Below are positions 1 to 9,542 of a stretch of 64,000 nt of DNA, in pieces (the first letter of the stretch is position 1; every line of letters begins with the position of its first letter). Below the pieces are notes generated by a model that had not been told where the DNA came from, did not search any database, and saw nothing but the letters and a program-made list of their open reading frames with translations. Source of the stretch: Oscillospiraceae bacterium (GTDB taxonomy: Bacteria > Bacillota > Clostridia > Oscillospirales > Ruminococcaceae); NCBI GenBank assembly GCA_029007035.1, contig JAQXHC010000007.1, positions 874 to 64,873 of the forward strand. The letters run 5' to 3'. Both the position numbers and the translations under genes were made by a program.

Positions 1-68
1 ATGCCATACTGCTCAAGAACTGCGAGAATCTGCTTTTCTCTTCTTTCATATGATTCAAATAAAGCCAT
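1..68 (-). CDS. GGGtGRT-family protein, 5' end (truncated by window edge)
   Basis: Not in ORF track. ATG at 68 after an AAGGAGG SD; translates MALFESYERREKQILAVLEQYG..., matching the N-terminus I recall for GGGtGRT proteins; follows its usual IscU-like partner. Confidence 0.75.
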   Translation of the reverse strand, partial: MALFESYERREKQILAVLEQYG

Positions 69-82
69 TTTACAAGTCCTCC

Positions 83-775
83 TTATTCTTTTCTGGGGTC
101 AACGATCTTAACGGCATCTGCAACTCTGCCGTACTGACCCTTAGCTTTCTCGAAAGCGGTGTTAGCGTCATCGCCGGACTTGATGAAGTCCATCATCTTG
201 CCGAAGTTAACAAACTGATAGCCGATGATCTCGTTGTCTTCATTGAGTGCGATTCCTGTAACGTAGCCGTCTGTCATTTCGAGGTAGCGGGGACCCTTTG
301 CGAGAGTGCCGTACATTGTACCAACCTGCGAACGGAGTCCCTTGCCGAGGTCCTCAAGACCTGCGCCGACAACAAGTCCGCCCTCAGAGAAAGCGCTCTG
401 TGAACGTCCGTAAACGATCTGGAGGAAAAGTTCTCTCATAGCTGTGTTGATTGCGTCGCAAACGAGGTCAGTATTAAGAGCCTCGAGAATAGTTCTGCCG
501 GGGAGAATTTCGGAAGCCATAGCAGCCGAGTGAGTCATACCCGAGCATCCGATAGTCTCAACGAGACATTCCTGGATAACGCCCTCTTTAACATTGAGTG
601 TAAGCTTGCAGGTACCCTGCTGAGGAGCACACCAGCCAATACCGTGTGTAAAGCCGGAAATATCCTTGATTTCCTTAGCCTTAACCCACTTAGCCTCCTC
701 CGGGATAGGAGCAGCACCGTGAGCAACGCCCTGAGCAATAGGGCACATTGTTTCAACTTCGTGAGAATAAATCAT
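83..775 (-). CDS. IscU/NifU-like Fe-S scaffold-type protein (GGGtGRT partner)
   Basis: Cys motifs GWCAPQQGTC, ETIGCSGMTHS and DLVCD; SD GAAAGGAG. Confidence 0.75.
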   Translation of the reverse strand: MIYSHEVETMCPIAQGVAHGAAPIPEEAKWVKAKEIKDISGFTHGIGWCAPQQGTCKLTLNVKEGVIQECLVETIGCSGMTHSAAMASEILPGRTILEALNTDLVCDAINTAMRELFLQIVYGRSQSAFSEGGLVVGAGLEDLGKGLRSQVGTMYGTLAKGPRYLEMTDGYVTGIALNEDNEIIGYQFVNFGKMMDFIKSGDDANTAFEKAKGQYGRVADAVKIVDPRKE

Positions 776-972
776 ATAATTACTCCTTTCATATAGATGA
801 GATTAAAGGCGTCTCATACAAATGAAACGGCTAATCTCAGCATATGTTCTAATTATACAACATTTTTCGGCTGAAATCAAGTATTTTTTTTAAATTCTGA
901 CTCCGGTCAGGGAATAAATATCCGATTGCGGACATATATTGCAGATTCTGCGCGGAAAGGAGCATATAATTT

Positions 973-1770
973 TTATTTTTCTCTTCTGAATCTGATATAA
1001 GCCTTTACCGAGCTGAACGACATGATAACGATTCCCGAAAGGAGCAGGAGCGTCCCGATAATGCCGAGATTTCTCCGGGTTTTTATGTCCGAAAGGCTGA
1101 CAGCACTGACGGCATTGTCCGAGTTGATGAACGGAATGCCGTTCGCCGAGGCGAATTCTTCTGCTTTGGATTTTTTTTCGCCAATTAAAACGATTTCGCT
1201 TCTGTCGAATGCGTCGGAACTGATTTCGTCAGCGGAGGGCGGCAGATATAGCGATTCCAGAGCGCCGCAGCTGTAAAATGCGCGGCTTCCGATGGTTTTT
1301 ATTCGGCTTCCTGTGCTGACGAAATTTAATTCAGAGCAGCCGTTGAAACAGTCGTCGGGAATTACCGTAAGCGTATCCGGAAGGCAGAGTGATGAAAGGG
1401 AAGTGCAGCCGCTGAAAGCTCCCATACCGATGAAAGAAAGCGTTTCGGGCAGTTTTACTGTGGAAAGGGAAGTGCAGCCGAAAAATGCGTGGTGCCCGAT
1501 TTTGCTGACTGTTTCAGGCAGACGGATTTCCGTTAAGGTTTCGCAGCGGTAAAAGGCATTGTCACGAATCAGTATAACCGGTTCGCCGTCGATACTTTCG
1601 GGGATTTCAAGGACTTTCGGTTCGCCGGTGCATCCGGTGATCTCGGCGCGCCCGTCAATTATCGAATAGGTATACCCGACAGCTTCGTCTGCATAGATAT
1701 TACTGTGAGAGCAGAATATAATTGCGGCTGCGGAATAAATTACCATAAGAATTTTTGTTGTTTTCATCAT
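973..1770 (-). CDS. BspA/TpLRR leucine-rich-repeat surface protein with C-terminal TM helix
   Basis: Signal peptide, repeated IGxxAFxGCxSL units, hydrophobic C-terminus with basic tail; start moved to the ATG after GGAGGT. Confidence 0.85.
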   Translation of the reverse strand: MMKTTKILMVIYSAAAIIFCSHSNIYADEAVGYTYSIIDGRAEITGCTGEPKVLEIPESIDGEPVILIRDNAFYRCETLTEIRLPETVSKIGHHAFFGCTSLSTVKLPETLSFIGMGAFSGCTSLSSLCLPDTLTVIPDDCFNGCSELNFVSTGSRIKTIGSRAFYSCGALESLYLPPSADEISSDAFDRSEIVLIGEKKSKAEEFASANGIPFINSDNAVSAVSLSDIKTRRNLGIIGTLLLLSGIVIMSFSSVKAYIRFRREK

Positions 1771-1990
1771 AACACCTCCGATAATATAATAACACGCAGA
1801 TTGCGAAATACAGGTCAATATCCGTCGAAACAGAAATATAAAACCGAAAATTGTTTCATATATAAATATAATTTACCTCTTAGAAATAAAATAAATATAG
1901 TTTGTTCACATATATGTAGTATACTGTAGAAAAAATGTCTTCCGTACGTCTTTCGGCGGCGAGCGGAGAGGAAAGAAAGTGGTATTTAAT

Positions 1991-3079
1991 ATGTGCAGAA
2001 AGATATATTGCCTTTCCGCTGCATTGCTTATTCTTATGACGGCAGGCGGATGTAAAAAAGAATCCGGAGAAAGCCAGCTGTCTGAGCCGCAGACCTCTGC
2101 AGCTGATCAGGTCACTGATACTGTTGAAGAAGAAAAAACCGAGGGCGTAACTGATACTCCCGCGGGAATTAATCCTCTGACAGGTGAGAGCGGATATAAC
2201 GAAGCAGCGAACGGAAAACGTCCTGTGGCTATAATGGTGAACAATCTCACCGGGGCGCTTCCTCAGTATGGTATCGAGCAGGCGGACGTGATTTATGAGC
2301 TTCCCGTAGAGGGCGGAATTACAAGGCTTATGGCAGTTTATGCCGATTATACAAGTGTTCCGGATGTTTGCTCTGTAAGAAGCTGCCGTTATTATTATCC
2401 GCTTATTTGTCTTGGAATGGACGCGATTTACTGTCACTGGGGCGAAGATATGACCATTGCTCTTGAGACGCTCAACCGTACGGGAATCGACCATCTTGAC
2501 GGCGGCTATGAGAAAAAAATGTTTTACCGTGACCCTGAACGCGTCGGTGTTTATGCATCCGAGCATACAGGATATCTGAAAGGTGCGGAGCTGCCTGAGG
2601 TTATAGCGGAAAAAGGTTTCCGCACAGATATCGGGGAGCAGTATTCGGGAGAGATGTTCGATTTTACTGAGAGTCCGGAAGCACCGTCCGGTATGACCGC
2701 ATCGGCAGTCACGCTGAAATTCTCCAGTGCTTATTACAGCACATTTATTTATAATCCCGATACGGGCGAATATCTCAAACAGCATTCGGGAAAGCCTCAC
2801 ATGGACGGCAGAACGGGTAATCAGCTCAGTTTTGACAATGTTTTTGTACTTCAGACCGATATTCATACGCGTGCTGACGGATATTTAATGGATGTAGCTC
2901 TTGATGGCGGTACGGGTTATTATTTCTCACAGGGCGGCGGAACTCAGATTACATGGAAAAAGGAAGGCGAGACCGCTCCGATTAAGGTTTACGGTGCTGG
3001 CGGGAATGAACTTGCTGTAAATGTCGGCGAAAGCTATATAGGAATAATCGGTACGGATAAAGCGGTAACTGTTGAATAA
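1991..3079 (+). CDS. DUF3048 (YerB-like) lipoprotein
   Basis: Lipobox-like TAGGC; NPLTG, RPVAIMVNN, VEGGITRLMA and SVRSCR motifs. Confidence 0.8.
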   Translation: MCRKIYCLSAALLILMTAGGCKKESGESQLSEPQTSAADQVTDTVEEEKTEGVTDTPAGINPLTGESGYNEAANGKRPVAIMVNNLTGALPQYGIEQADVIYELPVEGGITRLMAVYADYTSVPDVCSVRSCRYYYPLICLGMDAIYCHWGEDMTIALETLNRTGIDHLDGGYEKKMFYRDPERVGVYASEHTGYLKGAELPEVIAEKGFRTDIGEQYSGEMFDFTESPEAPSGMTASAVTLKFSSAYYSTFIYNPDTGEYLKQHSGKPHMDGRTGNQLSFDNVFVLQTDIHTRADGYLMDVALDGGTGYYFSQGGGTQITWKKEGETAPIKVYGAGGNELAVNVGESYIGIIGTDKAVTVE

Positions 3080-3111
3080 AACTGCTCAGAAGCGTCAATC
3101 CTCTCAATGAG

Positions 3112-3744
3112 GTGATGACAATGAGGAAGATGACATCTGGAATAATGGCAGCCGGAATAATTTCAGCGATAGCCATATCAAACATATTCGGAATAGTCTC
3201 CGACGGAAAAAGGCTCGATGAGCTTCGGCACAGCGTTCTTCGACTGCATATCCTTGCCAACTCGGACAGCGAGGAGGATCAGCGACTGAAGCTGATGGTA
3301 AGGAATGAACTGCTTGAACACAGCGGAGAACTTTTCGGTGATGCCGGAACCTTTGAACAGGCAGAGGAAAATATCTCGGGAAATCTTGATAACGTATGTG
3401 CAATTGCAGAGGAACTTCTTTCTGAAAACGGCTGTGACTGCAAGGTTAAGGCGGAAATAACCGAAATGTATTTCGATGAGCGTCAGTACGGAGATCTGAC
3501 CATGCCCGAGGGCGAATATACGGCTCTCAGAATCGAGATCGGCGAAGCGGAGGGGCGAAACTGGTGGTGTGTGATGTATCCTCAGCTGTGCATACCTGCC
3601 GCCTGCGCAGAGACAATTGAAAGCGATACAGATGAAGCAGAGGATTTTTTCAGTGACGAGGAGTATGATATTCTCCGGAATCCAAAAAAATATCGTGTGA
3701 AATTTGCTGTATGGGAAAAAATCAGGTCTGTGTTTGATTTTTGA
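3112..3744 (+). CDS. spoIIR: stage II sporulation protein R
   Basis: VLRLHILANSDSEEDQRLKLMVR and GEAEGRNWWCVMYP signatures. Confidence 0.92.
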   Translation: MMTMRKMTSGIMAAGIISAIAISNIFGIVSDGKRLDELRHSVLRLHILANSDSEEDQRLKLMVRNELLEHSGELFGDAGTFEQAEENISGNLDNVCAIAEELLSENGCDCKVKAEITEMYFDERQYGDLTMPEGEYTALRIEIGEAEGRNWWCVMYPQLCIPAACAETIESDTDEAEDFFSDEEYDILRNPKKYRVKFAVWEKIRSVFDF

Positions 3745-3776
3745 ATTGTGCAAACTGACGAAAATTTTTACGGCTA

Positions 3777-3805
3777 TTGACAAATCGGGAAAAATAGGAT
3801 ATACT
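3777..3805 (+). promoter_or_regulatory. sigmaA promoter of the infC operon
   Basis: TTGACA-17 nt-TATACT. Confidence 0.8.
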
Positions 3806-3811
3806 ATTCAG

Positions 3812-3940
3812 GTAAACAAAGCAGGACTATGCGTTCTCACCGTGCGGCTTGGCTTGAACGGTCAATATGTTGTGTAACCCGAATGGGATATATTTGCGTA
3901 TTGTATGAGTGCGGATTATTCTGCACTCATTTTGTTTTAT
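3812..3940 (+). ncRNA. L20 ribosomal leader (infC-rpmI-rplT attenuator)
   Basis: AAGCAGG...GTTCTCACC motif and terminator-like hairpin GAGTGCGGA/TCTGCACTC plus T-tract, lying between the promoter and infC. Confidence 0.7.
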
Positions 3941-3964
3941 TTTATTTGCTTGGAGGTGCTGACT

Positions 3965-4483
3965 ATTAGCAAACAGGAACTGCAAATCAACGAAGAGATA
4001 AGAGATAAAGAACTTCTCGTAATCGACGCTGACGGAACAAAGCTCGGTGTATTATCAGCCAAGGAGGCTCAGAAAATTGCTTTCGATAAGGACTTGGATC
4101 TCGTAAAGATCGCTCCGCAGGCTACTCCGCCCGTGTGCCGGATCATGGACTACGGCAAGTATCTGTTCGAGCAGACAAAGCGTGAAAAGGAAGCAAGGAA
4201 AAATCAGAAGGTTGTTTCAATCAAGGAAATCAGAATGTTTTCCACAATTGATACCCACGATTTTGAAACAAAAGTCAATCAGGCTGTTAAATTCCTGCAG
4301 GGCGGAGACAAGCTCAAGGTTTCGGTAAGATTCCGCAAAAGAGCTATCGCTCACCCGCAGCTGGGAGAGGAGCTGCTTAATCGTTTCAAGGAGGCAGTTT
4401 CGGCAGTCGGCACTGTTGAAAAGCCGGCTAAAATGGAGGGACGCAGCATTGTTATGTTCGTTTCCCCGAAGCCTGCTAAGTAA
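3965..4483 (+). CDS. infC: translation initiation factor IF-3 (ATT start)
   Basis: INEEIR and PPVCRIMDYGK motifs; SD GGAGGT precedes an in-frame ATT at 3965. Confidence 0.95.
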   Translation: MSKQELQINEEIRDKELLVIDADGTKLGVLSAKEAQKIAFDKDLDLVKIAPQATPPVCRIMDYGKYLFEQTKREKEARKNQKVVSIKEIRMFSTIDTHDFETKVNQAVKFLQGGDKLKVSVRFRKRAIAHPQLGEELLNRFKEAVSAVGTVEKPAKMEGRSIVMFVSPKPAK

Positions 4484-4589
4484 CGCTTTTCAATTAAAAT
4501 GTCCGCATTTTAATTAGGAAAAAATCAAGAAATGCTGCGATGCCGCATCAGCGGCGGAGCATAATGTTCTGAATAAGGAGGATTATACA

Positions 4590-4793
4590 ATGGCAAAGGT
4601 TAAAGTTAAAACTCATTCCGGCGCTAAAAAGCGCTTTAAGATTACAGGAAGCGGTAAGGTTAAGTACCAGCACACCAATAAGAGACACAGACTTACTCAG
4701 AAGGACACAAAGCGTAAGAGAATTGCCCGCAACGCAGGTCTTTGCGACAATACCAACGCTCCTACAATCAAGAAGCTTGTTCCCTATATGTAA
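4590..4793 (+). CDS. rpmI: 50S ribosomal protein L35
   Basis: [17 protein letters not shown]. Confidence 0.97.
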   Translation: MAKVKVKTHSGAKKRFKITGSGKVKYQHTNKRHRLTQKDTKRKRIARNAGLCDNTNAPTIKKLVPYM

Positions 4794-4830
4794 TTGATTC
4801 CCGTAATTTTATTTTTGGAGGTATAAGACT

Positions 4831-5184
4831 ATGGCACGTATCAAGGGTGCGATGATGACTCGCAAGAGAAGAAATAAGACTCTCAAGCTTGCCAAGGGCT
4901 ACTTCGGCTCTAAGAGCAAGCACTTCAAGATGGCTAAACAGGCCGTTATGAAGTCAGGAAACTACGCTTATGTCGGCAGAAAGCAGAAGAAGAGAACTTT
5001 CAGACAGCTCTGGATTACAAGAATTTCCGCTGCTTGTAAGCTCAACGGCATGAATTATTCAACATTCATGAACGGCTGCAAAAAGGCAGGTATTACTCTT
5101 AACAGAAAGATGCTCTCCGAGATTGCTATAAATGACGCAGCAGGCTTTACTGCTATCGTTGAAAAGGCTAAGGCTGCTCTTTAA
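4831..5184 (+). CDS. rplT: 50S ribosomal protein L20
   Basis: [29 protein letters not shown]. Confidence 0.97.
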   Translation: MARIKGAMMTRKRRNKTLKLAKGYFGSKSKHFKMAKQAVMKSGNYAYVGRKQKKRTFRQLWITRISAACKLNGMNYSTFMNGCKKAGITLNRKMLSEIAINDAAGFTAIVEKAKAAL

Positions 5185-5194
5185 TCACAGTCGA

Positions 5195-5232
5195 AAAACA
5201 CGCTTCTTATTCAATTAAGAGCGTGTTTTGTT
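5195..5232 (+). terminator. intrinsic terminator after rplT
   Basis: AAAACACGCTTCTTA/TAAGAGCGTGTTTT stem followed by a T-rich tail. Confidence 0.7.
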
Positions 5233-5301
5233 GTAGTTGGTGCAGACCTGCGGACTGTCCGCTGTCTGCACATCTGACTGTACGGGAGGTGCTTTTCGTC
5301 A

Positions 5302-6087
5302 TTGGAAAATAATATCATAACATCAAAGGATAACCCTGTAATCAAGCTGTATCAGAAGCTTTCTTCTTCAAAAAAGGAAAGACTCGAATACGGCTTATTC
5401 GTGTTAGAGGGACTTCGTATAGTCCGTGACGCACTCTCCGAAAACAGCGGTATTTCCCATATTATCGTTACCTCGCAGGCAGAGGAGAAATTTGCCGGAG
5501 AGCTTTTGCAGGCTGATTTGAGAGATGCAAAAAAGATTGTTATTTCAAATGAGCTTGGGAACAGAATTGCGTCTACCGACAGGACTCAGGGGATTTTTGC
5601 CATATGCCGCATACCGGTTAAAGCTAAGCCGGTTTTTGTCGAAAACGGAAAATATATCGTACTTTACGGACTTCAGGATCCGGGTAATGTCGGAATGATT
5701 ATCCGTACTGCTGACGCTCTCGGAATAAACGGAGTTTTTTTGTGCGGCTCATGTGATTTGTATAGTCCGAAGGTCATCCGTTCCACAATGGGTTCGGTTT
5801 TCAGGGTAAAGCTTTACGTTGAAAATGATACCGACAGGCTTTTTGAGACGTTCGAAAATGCAGGCGTATCAACCCTTGCTTCGGTTATCGACAGGGATGC
5901 TGTACCGATCACGGACTGCGGCTTCAGCGGAGCAAACGCGTTATTTATCGGAAATGAGGGAAGTGGTCTTCCGCCTGAAATTTCCGGCAGGTGCAGCAAA
6001 AGAATAACGATTCCCATGCACGGCAGTGTAAATTCACTCAATGCAGCAATGGCAGCCGGTATAATGATGTGGGAGCTTGGGCGATAA
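5302..6087 (+). CDS. TrmH/SpoU-family RNA methyltransferase
   Basis: LQDPGNVGMIIRTA, IGNEGSGL, IPMHGSVNSLNAA. Confidence 0.92.
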   Translation: MENNIITSKDNPVIKLYQKLSSSKKERLEYGLFVLEGLRIVRDALSENSGISHIIVTSQAEEKFAGELLQADLRDAKKIVISNELGNRIASTDRTQGIFAICRIPVKAKPVFVENGKYIVLYGLQDPGNVGMIIRTADALGINGVFLCGSCDLYSPKVIRSTMGSVFRVKLYVENDTDRLFETFENAGVSTLASVIDRDAVPITDCGFSGANALFIGNEGSGLPPEISGRCSKRITIPMHGSVNSLNAAMAAGIMMWELGR

Positions 6088-6194
6088 AGGCTGAACCATG
6101 CAGGAAATTCATTACATATACCGGTATGTCTGTGTAAGTATTGTATAATCAAATTGCTGAAAATAAAAATCATTCTGGAAACGGAGGGCTTTTC

Positions 6195-7439
6195 GTGAAC
6201 GAAACAAAATACTGGCTGTGGATCTCAATGATTTTTGGCACGGGAAGCCGCCGTATTTGGGAGGCAATGCGGCTTTTCGGGTCGGCAAGAGAGGCTTATG
6301 AAGCAATATCTTCAGGGAGCATCGACCTGCGTCTGAGTGAAAGCGAAAAGAATAATATTTCATCGGTCACTCTTGAACGTGCAGAGGATTATATCGAAGA
6401 ATGCCGCAGAAACGGTATCGGTGTCGTCGGATGCGGCGATGCGGAATATCCTCCGCAGCTGAGGAATATATTCAATCCTCCTGCCGTACTCTATTATCGG
6501 GGAAATCTTTCGTGCGTCTGCGGAACGAGAGCGGTAACTGCTGTCGGAGCGAGAAAAGCTTCGGATTACAGTATCAATGTCTGCCGTGAGATATGCGGTG
6601 AGCTTTCACGGAACGGAATTGTCATAGTCAGCGGATTTGCCCTCGGAACAGATATTACGGCTCATCTTGCAGCTGCCGATAACGGACGTCCTACCGCTGC
6701 GGTGCTGGGCTGCGGAATCGACCGTGAATATCCGATTGAAAACATGAAATACAGAAGCAGGATTCTTGAAAGCGGCGGAGTTTTTATCACCGAATATCCG
6801 TCGGGGACTCCTCCTCATTCGCGCAATTTTCCTATGCGCAACAGAATATTGTCCGCACTCGGACAGGCTGCGCTCGTATTTGAGGCTTCAATAAAGAGCG
6901 GCTCGCTGATTACTGCTAATTTAGCCGCAAATCAGGGCAGAGATGTTTTTTGTATGCCGCCTGCGGATATTTTCAGCAGCAGATATTTCGGAAATTCATC
7001 ACTTCTTCGTGACGGTGCAGAGCTTCTGCTTGATGCGCAAAGTGTGCTTGATATTTTCAGGTTCGGCGGAACGGCAGCGAATGAAAATCCGGTCAGTACG
7101 GTCAGTTACTTTGGTGTCGGTGATTTGCAGCCGAAAAAGGAGCGCAGTTCTTCTTCATCTCCAAAGTCCGGAGGAAAGTTAAAAAAGTCTGCGGCTGAAT
7201 CAGTTAAGCAGGCGGTTAAGGATGAGTCTCCGGAATCCGGAACGTACAGTTTCGCATATGATGAGCTTACGGACATTCAGAAAAAGATTTACGACGCAAT
7301 GAACGGAGAAAAAATTCATGCGGATTTATTGTCAGAGCGGCTTGAAATAGGACTTTCAGAGCTGATGACAGAGCTTACGGAGCTTGAGATTGCCGGAGCG
7401 GTCAGGTCGCTGCCCGGCAAAATGTATATGCCGCTTTAA
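6195..7439 (+). CDS. dprA: DNA-processing protein DprA
   Basis: AVGARKAS, VSGFALGTD, FPMRNRI, SGSLITA; GTG start after GGAGGG. Confidence 0.93.
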   Translation: MNETKYWLWISMIFGTGSRRIWEAMRLFGSAREAYEAISSGSIDLRLSESEKNNISSVTLERAEDYIEECRRNGIGVVGCGDAEYPPQLRNIFNPPAVLYYRGNLSCVCGTRAVTAVGARKASDYSINVCREICGELSRNGIVIVSGFALGTDITAHLAAADNGRPTAAVLGCGIDREYPIENMKYRSRILESGGVFITEYPSGTPPHSRNFPMRNRILSALGQAALVFEASIKSGSLITANLAANQGRDVFCMPPADIFSSRYFGNSSLLRDGAELLLDAQSVLDIFRFGGTAANENPVSTVSYFGVGDLQPKKERSSSSSPKSGGKLKKSAAESVKQAVKDESPESGTYSFAYDELTDIQKKIYDAMNGEKIHADLLSERLEIGLSELMTELTELEIAGAVRSLPGKMYMPL

Positions 7440-7460
7440 ATATTCATAAGGAGTATATCC

Positions 7461-9542
7461 ATGTCAGATTTAGTTATTGTAGAGTCGCCTGCAAAGGCAA
7501 AAACAATTCAGAAATATCTTGGCCCGGGCTACGAGGTGATTGCCTCGATGGGACATATCCGCGATCTGCCGAAATCGAAGATGAGCGTAGATATCGAGAA
7601 TGGATTTACGCCCCATTATGTCGATATGAAAGGCAAGGAGGACGTAATAAAGAACCTTAAAAAGTGCGCAAAAAAGTGCGGAAAAGTCTATCTCGCAACC
7701 GACCCGGACCGCGAGGGAGAGGCTATCTCATGGCATATTGCGCAGCTGCTCAGCCTTGATATGAACGACAACAACCGTGTTGCCTTCAACGAAATCACTA
7801 AAACGGGTGTTAAAAACGGAATGAATAATCCCCATAAAATTGACGTTGATCTGGTCAACGCTCAGCAGGCAAGACGCATTCTCGACCGAATCGTAGGTTA
7901 TAAGCTGAGTCCGTTTTTGTGGAAAAAGGTCAAGAGGGGACTTTCTGCGGGCAGAGTTCAGTCCGTTGCAGTCCGCCTGATCGTTGACAGGGAAAACGAA
8001 ATCAGAAGCTTTGTACCCAAGGAATACTGGTCGATCGACGCGAAATTTAACGCTCCCGGCTCGCGGAAAGTGTTCGATGCGTCCCTTGCGTCAGTAGACG
8101 GAAAGAAGCTTGCGATTTCTGAAAAGGCAGAGGCGGATAATCTGCTTGAACGGCTTGAAAATGCGGAATATATCGTAAAATCGGTAAAAAAGCGTGTTAC
8201 AAAGAAGCAGCCGTCGCCGCCGTTTATTACCTCGACCATGCAGCAGGAGGCTTCAAAGAAGCTTGGCTTTACTGCGAAAAGAACGATGAAAGCCGCTCAG
8301 GAGCTTTATGAGGGCGTTAATGTTGAAGGAATAGGCGCGGTAGGACTTATCACATATATGAGAACGGACAGTCTGAGAATTTCCGATGAGGCAAAATCCG
8401 CCGCAGCTCAGTACATTGAAATGGCTTACGGAAAGGATTATCTGCCTTCCGAGCCGAGAGTTTTCAAGACTAAAGGCAATGCACAGGATGCTCACGAGGC
8501 TATACGTCCCTCTATGCCTGATCTGACTCCCGAGCGGGCAAAGTCGAGTCTTTCCTCAGACCAGTATAAGCTCTATAAACTGATTTGGGAGCGGTTTATC
8601 GCAAGTCAGATGGCAAACGCGCTTCTCGATACGGTTTCGGTCGATATTGAAGCGAACGGCTGTATCTTCCGCGCATCGGGATATTCGGTGAAGTTTGACG
8701 GATTCACGGCACTGTATGTTGAGTCGAGCGAATCAGCGGAGGAGAACAAAAAAGTGCTTCCGTCTCTCGCTGCAAAGGACATCCTGAAGCTGAAATCGAT
8801 TACGGGCAATCAGCATTTCACTCAGCCGCCGGCGCGTTTTACCGAAGCTTCGCTCATCAAGGCACTCGAGGAAAACGGTATCGGCAGACCAAGTACCTAT
8901 GCACCGACGATCACTACGATTACCACACGCCGATATGTCGAGCATGAGGGCAAGCAGCTTGTTCCTACCGGTCTCGGAGAAGTAATCGTAGAACTGATGA
9001 AAGAGCATTTCAACAACATAGTAGATGCGCGGTTTACAGCCGAAATGGAGGACAATCTCGACAAGGTCGAGCACGGTGAAAAGGACTGGGTAAGCACGCT
9101 GAGCGAATTTTACGACGACTTTGAAAAGACGCTGGAAAAGGCTGAGGAGGCAATGGACGGCAAGCGCGTCAAGGTTCCCGACGAGGTCACCGACGTAATT
9201 TGCGAGCAGTGCGGACGAAATATGGTAATCAAATACAGCAAATACGGAAAATTTCTTGCCTGTCCCGGTTTTCCAGAGTGCAAGAATACAAAAAAAATTG
9301 TCACCGAAGCAGACGGAAACTGCCCGATATGTGGCAAAAAAATGCTGCTGAAAAAATCAAAAAAAGGAAGAAGCTTCTATGGCTGCGAGGGTTATCCCGA
9401 CTGCACGTTCATGACGTGGAACGTTCCTACTGCCGAAAATTGTCCATTGTGCGGCAGCTCGCTTTTCATGAAGGGCGGTAAATCCGGAAAGCTCGTATGT
9501 GAGAAGCCCGACTGCGGATATGAAAGAGAGCTGAAAAAATGA
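7461..9542 (+). CDS. topA: DNA topoisomerase I
   Basis: LVIVESPAK, ATDPDREGE, SAGRVQS, ITYMRTD, C-terminal zinc ribbons. Confidence 0.97.
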   Translation: MSDLVIVESPAKAKTIQKYLGPGYEVIASMGHIRDLPKSKMSVDIENGFTPHYVDMKGKEDVIKNLKKCAKKCGKVYLATDPDREGEAISWHIAQLLSLDMNDNNRVAFNEITKTGVKNGMNNPHKIDVDLVNAQQARRILDRIVGYKLSPFLWKKVKRGLSAGRVQSVAVRLIVDRENEIRSFVPKEYWSIDAKFNAPGSRKVFDASLASVDGKKLAISEKAEADNLLERLENAEYIVKSVKKRVTKKQPSPPFITSTMQQEASKKLGFTAKRTMKAAQELYEGVNVEGIGAVGLITYMRTDSLRISDEAKSAAAQYIEMAYGKDYLPSEPRVFKTKGNAQDAHEAIRPSMPDLTPERAKSSLSSDQYKLYKLIWERFIASQMANALLDTVSVDIEANGCIFRASGYSVKFDGFTALYVESSESAEENKKVLPSLAAKDILKLKSITGNQHFTQPPARFTEASLIKALEENGIGRPSTYAPTITTITTRRYVEHEGKQLVPTGLGEVIVELMKEHFNNIVDARFTAEMEDNLDKVEHGEKDWVSTLSEFYDDFEKTLEKAEEAMDGKRVKVPDEVTDVICEQCGRNMVIKYSKYGKFLACPGFPECKNTKKIVTEADGNCPICGKKMLLKKSKKGRSFYGCEGYPDCTFMTWNVPTAENCPLCGSSLFMKGGKSGKLVCEKPDCGYERELKK

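Noticed and set aside
973-1770. BspA-type LRR membrane protein as a novel adhesin
   Set aside because: The family is very common in ruminococci and this copy has no distinctive features.
1880-2866. 328-aa minus-strand ORF
   Set aside because: Antisense to the DUF3048 gene with no recognisable motifs. The same applies to other long shadow ORFs such as 23229-24023, 46744-47613 and 51422-52162.
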